Positions 33,360 through 39,785 of a stretch of 39,785 nt of DNA are shown here, piece after piece (positions within the stretch are counted from its first letter, which is position 1; each line of letters begins with the position of its first letter). The DNA comes from an uncultured Candidatus Saccharibacteria bacterium (lineage in GTDB: Bacteria; Patescibacteriota; Doudnabacteria; UBA920), in contig CAZPRQ010000003.1 in NCBI GenBank assembly GCA_964589415.1, positions 1 to 39,785 on the forward strand. The letters are read 5' to 3'. The notes beneath the pieces were generated by a model, which searched no databases, was not told the DNA's origin, and worked only from the letters and a program-made list of their open reading frames with translations. Position numbers and translations under genes: made by a program.

Positions 33360-35114
33360 ATGCAAACGCTATCGAAACAGACATTAAAAATATTCTGGCA
33401 GCATGCCAAACGGTACCCGTGGAGAATTTTTTTTATTACTTGCAGTGTACTGTTTGTAACCGGCCTGGACATTTATCGCCCACTTCTCTATAGGGACTTT
33501 TTTAACGTCCTTGAAAAATTTAACTACGGGGATATTTCCCCGCTGTTTAAAATCTTGTGGCTGATTCTAGCAGTTCATGTGCTCCACCGAATACTTTGGA
33601 CGGCCTTCGACTATGTAAACAACTTTTTCCAGCCAAAAGTAATGGCGGATTTAACCTACAGTTGCTACCGCTATTTGCAAAAACATTCATTCAGCTTTTT
33701 TAGCAATAGCTTCGTGGGCAGCCTGGTAACAAAAGTTAAGAGGTTCGAGCGTTCATTCGAAAGCATAGCCGACCAGGTCCATATGAACTTAGGCAGAGCA
33801 GCACTACGCACAGTGCTTATTCTTATTGTCTTGCTTTCCGTGCATTGGATTTTTACAGCAATAATATTGGTTTGGGCGATTTTTTATAGTCTTTTTACAT
33901 ATTATTTTGCCCAATACAAACTTAAGTACGATGCTCAAAAAGCCAATGCCGATACCAAAGTAACCGCGCAACTAGCCGATAGCATTACCAACAATACAAA
34001 TATTAAACTCTTCTCCGCCTACGAACAAGAAAATAAAAATTTTGCCGATGTAAACCAAAACCAATTTCGTCTGCGCAAGCTGACTTGGGACTTGGGCACC
34101 ATGGCCATGTTCGTACAGGGCAGTCTCATGATACTTTTAGAAATTAGCATATTATACGTGGCTATTATTTTATGGAAAAAGAATATTGTCACTTTGGGTG
34201 ATTTTGTACTCCTGCAGGCGTATTTATCTCAAATTTTCGACAAACTCTGGGAAATTAGCCGGTACATTAGGGCAATTTACGAGGCCCTGGCCGACGCCAA
34301 TGAAATGACAGAAATATTACTCACACCCCATTCTGTGCAAGATATAGAAGGCGCCAAAGAACTTCAAGTTTCAAGCGGTAAAATAGAATTCCATGACGTG
34401 CGATTCGCCTATCATGGCAAACGTCCGGTGTTTAAAAACTTCGAACTAGCCATTAACCCCGGCCAGCGGATTGCGCTAATTGGCAGTTCTGGTGGAGGAA
34501 AAACCACCATTGTAAAATTACTATTTCGTTTTTATGACCTAGAGCGCGGTAAAATTTTAATTGATGGCCAGGACATTGCTAGCGTAACCCAAGACAGCCT
34601 TAGGGATTGCTTGTCACTGGTCCCGCAAGAACCTATGCTCTTCCACCGCAGTTTGTTTGAAAACATACGCTATGGAAAACCCAACGCCTCCAAAGATGAA
34701 GTTTTGGAAGCCGCCAAAAAAGCGCATTGCCATGAATTTATTTCCCGTTTTCCTGAAAAATACGAAACTTTGGTGGGAGAGAGGGGAGTTAAACTCTCCG
34801 GAGGAGAAAGACAAAGGGTGGCTATTGCCAGGGCAATTCTAAGAAACGCGCCCATCCTGGTACTAGATGAAGCAACTTCCAGCCTGGACAGCGAAAGTGA
34901 AATGTTCATTCAAGATTCGCTTAAAACCCTAATGCGGGGCAAAACAACAATAGTTATTGCCCACCGGCTTTCAACCATTATGCAAATGGACAGAATAATA
35001 GTGTTAAAACAGGGAAAAATAAGCGAAGAAGGAACCCACCAGGAACTGTTAAAAGCCAAGCAGGGGACATATCAAAAACTCTGGAATATACAAGCAGGCG
35101 GATTTGCAACATAA
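33360..35114 (+). CDS. ABC exporter with fused permease and ATPase (MsbA/MdlB-like)
   Basis: A six-TM N-terminal half, Walker A GSSGGGKTT, signature LSGGERQRVAIARA, Walker B ILVLDEATS and an H-loop IAHRL. Confidence 0.85.
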   Translation: MQTLSKQTLKIFWQHAKRYPWRIFFITCSVLFVTGLDIYRPLLYRDFFNVLEKFNYGDISPLFKILWLILAVHVLHRILWTAFDYVNNFFQPKVMADLTYSCYRYLQKHSFSFFSNSFVGSLVTKVKRFERSFESIADQVHMNLGRAALRTVLILIVLLSVHWIFTAIILVWAIFYSLFTYYFAQYKLKYDAQKANADTKVTAQLADSITNNTNIKLFSAYEQENKNFADVNQNQFRLRKLTWDLGTMAMFVQGSLMILLEISILYVAIILWKKNIVTLGDFVLLQAYLSQIFDKLWEISRYIRAIYEALADANEMTEILLTPHSVQDIEGAKELQVSSGKIEFHDVRFAYHGKRPVFKNFELAINPGQRIALIGSSGGGKTTIVKLLFRFYDLERGKILIDGQDIASVTQDSLRDCLSLVPQEPMLFHRSLFENIRYGKPNASKDEVLEAAKKAHCHEFISRFPEKYETLVGERGVKLSGGERQRVAIARAILRNAPILVLDEATSSLDSESEMFIQDSLKTLMRGKTTIVIAHRLSTIMQMDRIIVLKQGKISEEGTHQELLKAKQGTYQKLWNIQAGGFAT

Positions 35115-35132
35115 AATTAATTTTAAACTTCA

Positions 35133-35516
35133 ATGCGAAACATTCAAGAAATTTGGAACTCAATTAACGAAAAAAAGCGGGAGCATAAGCAATACAAAAA
35201 CATGTACCGTGACGCGCTGGACTCCAGCCGCGAGTACAAAGAAATTTTAGACAAACTCAAACAGCTAAAAGAACGGAAAAAACAAATTGAGAACGATACA
35301 AAAAATGAACTGGGTAAAGACTGGGACAAAGTAGACTTACTGGCTTTGCATATTCGGGAGGAAAAGGAAACTTTGACTGACATAGCCATTTCCACCCTCA
35401 TGAAGGGGGAGACTGTTAAGGTGCAAGACCAGGATAAAAATGAATACGAGCCCATATTTTCAGTAAAATTTAAAAGGGCCAATAAAGCCGAGGCAGACAA
35501 GGCCGCGCGGACATAA
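35133..35516 (+). CDS. Hypothetical charged coiled-coil protein
   Basis: 127-aa Lys/Glu-rich ORF that starts 19 nt after the ABC exporter gene. I recognise no family. Confidence 0.45.
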   Translation: MRNIQEIWNSINEKKREHKQYKNMYRDALDSSREYKEILDKLKQLKERKKQIENDTKNELGKDWDKVDLLALHIREEKETLTDIAISTLMKGETVKVQDQDKNEYEPIFSVKFKRANKAEADKAART

Positions 35517-35557
35517 TTAAATCCATTCTATGTTTGATCTAGTTGCCTTAGAATTTA

Positions 35558-36628
35558 TTGCCAAGCATGAGGTTAAACCCTCATATTAAACAATCCCGTA
35601 AAAAATCTTTTTTAGAACAGATGCAAAAAAGTGAGGAAATAAATTGGAATGTGCCGGAACTTAAACTTTCCGTCCGTGAATTATTTTCAGGGCCTACCGC
35701 CAGGTTATATTGGACAGTAGCAATTTTAGGCCTGCTTGCGGAAATTGGCATAATTTATTCTGTTATAAATTCCGGCCTCAATTCCGAAATTTCCGCCAAG
35801 GGCCTAGCGATGATTTTTACCCTGCCAGCTCTTGGTATTGGCCTGCTCAAATATATTATTGGGGAGAAAAAACGGCAATATTTCTTTAAGACCTTTTCCG
35901 CCCTAAACGGGTTTATATACCAACCCAATTCACTCACCGGAATTCCTGACAGCTCTCTCTTTACTGTGGGCCACAGCAAAACCAAAAACCACGAAATTGC
36001 CGGGAACATTGGGCGTATAAAATTTAAAATATTTATCTACCGGTATACGATAGGGTCAGGCAAATCCGCACATACTTACACTGCTTCGGTCATGGAACTT
36101 TCGCTGCCCGCACAGGCAGGCAGCATGATGCTAATTCCAAACCGCATGAGCTTTGGCGATGAACTGGCCGATAACAAGTTAAAAAATGTAAGCGCAGTGC
36201 CACTTCCTTCTGAATTTCTAACCTCCTACCGTCTGTTTTGCGAAAACAAGATGGAACCGGAAGCTTTGCATATTTTTTCACCTGAAATATTAATTCTGCT
36301 TAAAAACCAATTTCCAAACGTAACCCTGGAATTTATGGCAAACCAATTATTCATATATAGCCGCACTGTAGCCGACACCACTAACACGCTAAAACCTTTC
36401 TTTGTGCTCATGGACTTTACCCAACAGGCGCTGCTACCGCGGCTTCTTGCCCAAGAAGGCTCGGTAAAAGCCATGCAGGAAGTACTGACTAAAGCGCCCG
36501 CCCAAGGCGTGCTTTCCAAACAATGGATAGTGATGAAACCAGAATTTAAACAGGGCTTAATTTTTGCCCTCTTCCTTATAATATTCTTAATTATTACGAT
36601 CGTGGCTGTTAAGCAGTTTACCGTTTAA
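35558..36628 (+). CDS. Hypothetical membrane protein
   Basis: 356-aa ORF with two N-terminal TM helices and one C-terminal TM helix. The start is uncertain (TTG at 35558 or ATG at 35567). Confidence 0.45.
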   Translation: MPSMRLNPHIKQSRKKSFLEQMQKSEEINWNVPELKLSVRELFSGPTARLYWTVAILGLLAEIGIIYSVINSGLNSEISAKGLAMIFTLPALGIGLLKYIIGEKKRQYFFKTFSALNGFIYQPNSLTGIPDSSLFTVGHSKTKNHEIAGNIGRIKFKIFIYRYTIGSGKSAHTYTASVMELSLPAQAGSMMLIPNRMSFGDELADNKLKNVSAVPLPSEFLTSYRLFCENKMEPEALHIFSPEILILLKNQFPNVTLEFMANQLFIYSRTVADTTNTLKPFFVLMDFTQQALLPRLLAQEGSVKAMQEVLTKAPAQGVLSKQWIVMKPEFKQGLIFALFLIIFLIITIVAVKQFTV

Positions 36629-36805
36629 CTATTTTGTGACTTATAAATAATACTAAAAAATATTGTGTCATATTATTTTAATGAAGATTGTTAAAAAAAA
36701 TATACATTCACCCAAACATAAATACCACCACGTTAGACATAACTCCCGAGGATTTAAAAAATAATTTATTACATACCGGCCAGGAACTGCATAGCATACA
36801 AATAT

Positions 36806-36838
36806 AAAAGACCACACTGCCCCGGCAGGGTGGTCTTT
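36806..36838 (-). terminator. GC-rich hairpin terminator, usable on both strands
   Basis: GACCACACTGCC pairs with GGCAGGGTGGTC, flanked by AAAA and TTTT. Confidence 0.6.
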
Positions 36839-36856
36839 TGCTCTACCCGAATTATC

Positions 36857-36931
36857 TCAACGACGTCGCCTAATAGCTTTCTTCCTCTTGTTATAAATCC
36901 TACGACGTCGCGCTGTTCGGTTTCTTCCCAC
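36857..36931 (-). CDS. Candidate 24-aa arginine-rich peptide, possibly a bTHX-like ribosomal protein
   Basis: TAAGGAGGG lies 4 nt upstream of a GTG. My hand translation is MGRNRTARRRRIYNKRKKAIRRRR, followed by a stop. The stop lies 18 nt before the 36806-36838 terminator. Confidence 0.3.
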   Translation of the reverse strand: MGRNRTARRRRIYNKRKKAIRRRR

Positions 36932-37075
36932 AATCCCTCCTTAGGCGTGGACAATATTCTCCTTGCCCGGAGAAAACAAAAAAATAAGGCCTTTGCGACG
37001 GTGGCAAAACCGCCAAGCCCAAAATAGTGCTAAAATAAGTATACTAATATATAACTTTTTTGTCCAAAATTACCC

Positions 37076-37807
37076 ATGTATAAGCAATTAATAGATGAAG
37101 TTGAGCAATCAAAAAACCCACAAAAAGCCAAAATATTACAAAATTTTTTTAAGACAGGTAAAGGGCAATATGGGGAAGGGGATATATTTTTGGGAATTGT
37201 GGTGCCTAAACAGCGGGTTTTGGCTAAAAAATATGTGGGATTAGATTTTGCCGGTATTGGGAAACTGGTCCAAAGCCCCTACCATGAACACCGTATGATT
37301 GGTTTGCTTATTTTAACTTATAAATACCAGCTGGCGGAGAAACTTAAAATAAAAAATCCAAAGCTTGCAGAAGATCAGCAAAAAAATATATATAATTTTT
37401 ATCTTGCCCATACCGGCGGCATTAACAACTGGGACCTTGTGGATGTTACCGCCCCTAAAATTGTAGGTGCATATTTGAGGCACCGGGACAAGAAAATTCT
37501 TTTTAAACTTGCCAAGTCTAAAAATATTTGGGAACGCCGAATAGCCATAATCTCCACTTTTGATTTTATTTATTTTGGCAACCATAAAACCACGATACTC
37601 TTAGCCGAATACCTGTTAAGCGACACCCACGATTTAATCCATAAGGCCGTGGGCTGGATGCTACGTGAAGTAGGTAAACGCTGTGGCGAAAAATATTTAA
37701 TCGAATTCCTAAACAGAAATGCCACGCGCATGCCCCGCACCATGCTCCGCTATGCCATTGAAAGACTTAACCACGAATTGAAGTATAAATACATGAGAAG
37801 CAAGTAA
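37076..37807 (+). CDS. DNA alkylation repair protein (AlkD/AlkC-like HEAT-repeat glycosylase family)
   Basis: Motifs KAKILQNFFKTGKGQYGEGDIFLGIVVPKQRVLAKKY, NNWDLVD, WERRIAIIS and KAVGWMLREVGK. Confidence 0.75.
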   Translation: MYKQLIDEVEQSKNPQKAKILQNFFKTGKGQYGEGDIFLGIVVPKQRVLAKKYVGLDFAGIGKLVQSPYHEHRMIGLLILTYKYQLAEKLKIKNPKLAEDQQKNIYNFYLAHTGGINNWDLVDVTAPKIVGAYLRHRDKKILFKLAKSKNIWERRIAIISTFDFIYFGNHKTTILLAEYLLSDTHDLIHKAVGWMLREVGKRCGEKYLIEFLNRNATRMPRTMLRYAIERLNHELKYKYMRSK

Positions 37808-37950
37808 CCCAACCATGAAAAAATTAAAATGTAGTCAACATTTGTAACCTCTCATTTTACCAATTTGTAACCCCTTAATGTTAACTGAACAACGGGAGCT
37901 GACAAAACCCTGAAAAATGCTTATACTGCAGACAAGTAATAAACAATTAT

Positions 37951-38343
37951 ATGCGAAATGGGGAATATTCCGGCGCCTCTGAGAAACCAAAAAATTTGGA
38001 CGAAAAGCCTAAGGATAATTACAGGCGCAATGCTATAATTAAGACACTGGAATTAATATCCGCGGGTGCTATAGCAAAAACGGGTAAAGTTCTGTGGGAT
38101 AGGTTAAATGAACCAAATTCGGAAACAAGATTACCAAAAAACGCCGAGGACGTGGCTAAATTTTTGTCCGCCAAGGTAAATATTCCCATGCAAACAATTT
38201 TAACTGAGATGGAAAAACTAAAGCAGCCAGGCGTAATTGAGTTTATATACAACAACGTAACCTATATCCTAAAAGTGGATGAGATATCTGATGGTCACAT
38301 AAAGAAAGCTAACTTGATTGCTAAAATTAACAGGGTTGTGTAA
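37951..38343 (+). CDS. Hypothetical protein
   Basis: 130-aa ORF followed by a terminator. I recognise no family. Confidence 0.4.
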   Translation: MRNGEYSGASEKPKNLDEKPKDNYRRNAIIKTLELISAGAIAKTGKVLWDRLNEPNSETRLPKNAEDVAKFLSAKVNIPMQTILTEMEKLKQPGVIEFIYNNVTYILKVDEISDGHIKKANLIAKINRVV

Positions 38344-38416
38344 AAATGCTGAATCGTGAATAGTTTTGTTTAAAAAGGCTATTGATTTATTTTAATTTTT
38401 ATGTTACCATATTTTT

Positions 38417-38441
38417 GTTCCGCCCAAGGGGCGGAACTTTT
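38417..38441 (+). terminator. Intrinsic terminator
   Basis: GTTCCGCCC pairs with GGGCGGAAC, followed by TTTT. Confidence 0.6.
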
Positions 38442-38487
38442 AAATGCCTATATTGATTTTACCCAATTAAAATTCACAAGCCTGAAT

Positions 38488-39785
38488 ATGTCCGCCGATT
38501 CCGTAATATTGCGTTTTTCAGAAGTAATTTTTGAATACGACCACGCCAAAAGACTTTTAGATGAAGCCAGTTTTTCGGTTCGCACCGGGTCTCGCATTGC
38601 CCTAATGGGTCAAAATGGTGCAGGTAAGTCCAGCCTGTTTAAGCTCATTACGGGCGAAACCAAACCCACCGAAGGCGCGATTTTTATAACCCCCAAAGAT
38701 GCGAGCATTGCCATTGCCAAACAGGTTATTCCGCGTGATATGTTAAATTTAACAGTGCGGGAATACTTTAGCACAGCCTTCGCGGAAAAAAAATACAATT
38801 TAGATAAACTAATAAGGGACGTATTTGAAGCGGTAAACGTAAACCTGCCCCTTGAAAAAAAACTTAAGGAATTTTCTGGCGGCCAACAAGCGCGGCTATT
38901 ACTTGCCTACGCGCTTATTCAAAATCCGGATATTTTACTACTTGACGAGCCGACCAACAACCTGGACCAGGCCGGCATAGAACACCTTACCGGTTTTTTA
39001 ATGATGTATGAAAAAACCTGCATTGTCATTTCCCACGACGCGGACTTTTTAAACGCTTTCACGGACGGGGTTTTGTATCTGGACGTATTTACCAAAAAGG
39101 TTGAACAATACACCGGCAACTATTACGACGTGGTGGAAGAAATTAAAGCCCGGATCGAGAGGGAAAATTTGCAGAACGCCCGTATGCAAACGCAAATTAA
39201 GGAAAAAAGGTCCCAGGCGGAAGTTTTTGCCCACAAGGGCGGAAAACTCAGGGCAGTAGCCAAACGCATGCGGGAAGCCGCGGAAGAAGCGGAAGAGAAC
39301 ATTGTAGATGTAAGGCGCGAAGACAAAACCATTCGGGACTTTAACATACCGGCCCAGCAATTCGACTCGTTCTTTAATGGACAAATAGTTAAAATTTCAA
39401 ACGTCCCGACATTCATTAACCACAAACCTGTAAACAAACCGATAGACATTATTATCCGCAAGGGAATGCATGTGCTAGTCAGCGGACCAAATGGCATTGG
39501 CAAGTCCACCTTTTTACAAAGCTTAATAGATAACAACGCCCAGGGTGCCACCATTTCCCCGGATGTTAAGGTTGGCTACTATAAACAAGATTTCTCCATG
39601 CTCAATTTCGAACAGGTGGCATACGAAGCCCTGGCCGAAGTTATGCAGTTGCAAGACGAGCAAAAACTCAGGTCCACTGCTTCCGGCTTTTTACTGGACG
39701 GAAAGGCATTGTCTTCGCAAATAAACCTATTGTCGGAAGGCCAAAAAGGCTTGCTGGCATTTTGCCGTCTGGTGCTAATGGAGCC
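38488..39785 (+). CDS. ABC-F family ATPase with tandem NBDs and a charged linker, 3'-truncated by the window edge
   Basis: This ORF is not in the supplied track because it runs off the end of the window. My hand translation is MSADSVILRF...GQNGAGKSSLFKLI...FSGGQQARLLLAYAL...LLLDEPTNNLD, then a charged linker ERENLQNARMQTQIKEKR, then a second Walker A GPNGIGKSTF and LSEGQKG. Confidence 0.85.
   Translation, partial: MSADSVILRFSEVIFEYDHAKRLLDEASFSVRTGSRIALMGQNGAGKSSLFKLITGETKPTEGAIFITPKDASIAIAKQVIPRDMLNLTVREYFSTAFAEKKYNLDKLIRDVFEAVNVNLPLEKKLKEFSGGQQARLLLAYALIQNPDILLLDEPTNNLDQAGIEHLTGFLMMYEKTCIVISHDADFLNAFTDGVLYLDVFTKKVEQYTGNYYDVVEEIKARIERENLQNARMQTQIKEKRSQAEVFAHKGGKLRAVAKRMREAAEEAEENIVDVRREDKTIRDFNIPAQQFDSFFNGQIVKISNVPTFINHKPVNKPIDIIIRKGMHVLVSGPNGIGKSTFLQSLIDNNAQGATISPDVKVGYYKQDFSMLNFEQVAYEALAEVMQLQDEQKLRSTASGFLLDGKALSSQINLLSEGQKGLLAFCRLVLME

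Noticed and set aside
36769-36954. 61-aa minus-strand ORF
   Set aside because: It would have to read through a textbook GC-rich hairpin plus T-run terminator (36806-36838) 20 codons before its stop. The rejection is tentative, because it has its own AAGGAG-TTG start.
38610-39554. Four minus-strand ORFs (38610-38798, 38919-39119, 39049-39384, 39123-39554)
   Set aside because: They are antisense shadows of a plus-strand ABC-F ATPase gene (38488 to the window end). That gene is missing from the track only because it has no stop codon inside the window.
1-39785. CRISPR array or other regularly spaced repeat array
   Set aside because: The repeats present are palindromic units at irregular positions and in mixed orientations. 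I found no run of equally spaced direct repeats with unique spacers and no cas-like gene.
1-39785. Alternative genetic code (UGA recoding, as in some candidate phyla)
   Set aside because: TGA terminates several well-delimited genes at the expected protein length, including the racemase, the LMW phosphatase and the 8743-9183 ORF. Long conserved genes contain no in-frame TGA.

Overview
This is a gene-dense window of about 40% GC (judged by eye), dominated by housekeeping genes. These are two tandem adenylate kinases, map, thrS, dnaE, a SEDS rodA/ftsW gene, rplY, prmC, prfA, rpmE, rpsB-tsf, ahcY, four tRNAs, and an rpmG gene too short for the ORF track. The genetic code is standard, with TGA, TAG and TAA all used as stops. 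The gene style suggests a reduced-genome bacterium, plausibly Patescibacteria/CPR. That is inference only, from a short EF-Ts, a ThrRS without a TGS domain, the duplicated adk, and a GIY-YIG minigene with GTCAT-type palindromes. I saw no CRISPR array, rRNA, prophage or transposase gene. Six things look worth a second look. (1) An accessory operon at 15.4-19.6 kb has mosaic base composition and encodes an Asp/Glu-type racemase, an RPH/PpsA-like swivel-His dikinase and an LMW phosphatase. Its first two genes are each preceded by a copy of a structured RNA element that looks like a terminator/antiterminator switch, and I do not recognise it as a known class. (2) A family of MITE-like palindromic elements has TTAGGACTTACGCG termini. 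A related perfect 18-bp inverted repeat sits in frame inside the decoding domain of prfA. (3) A GIY-YIG minigene is bracketed by inverted repeats, one of which supplies the annotated thrS start codon. (4) A GC-rich islet at 7.87-9.22 kb holds an orphan promoter-to-terminator RNA and two small Cys-containing secreted proteins. (5) A 24-codon arginine-rich ORF has a strong SD and an intrinsic terminator. (6) An orphan terminator or leader lies upstream of adk. All functional calls rest on motif recognition from memory. No searches were run.
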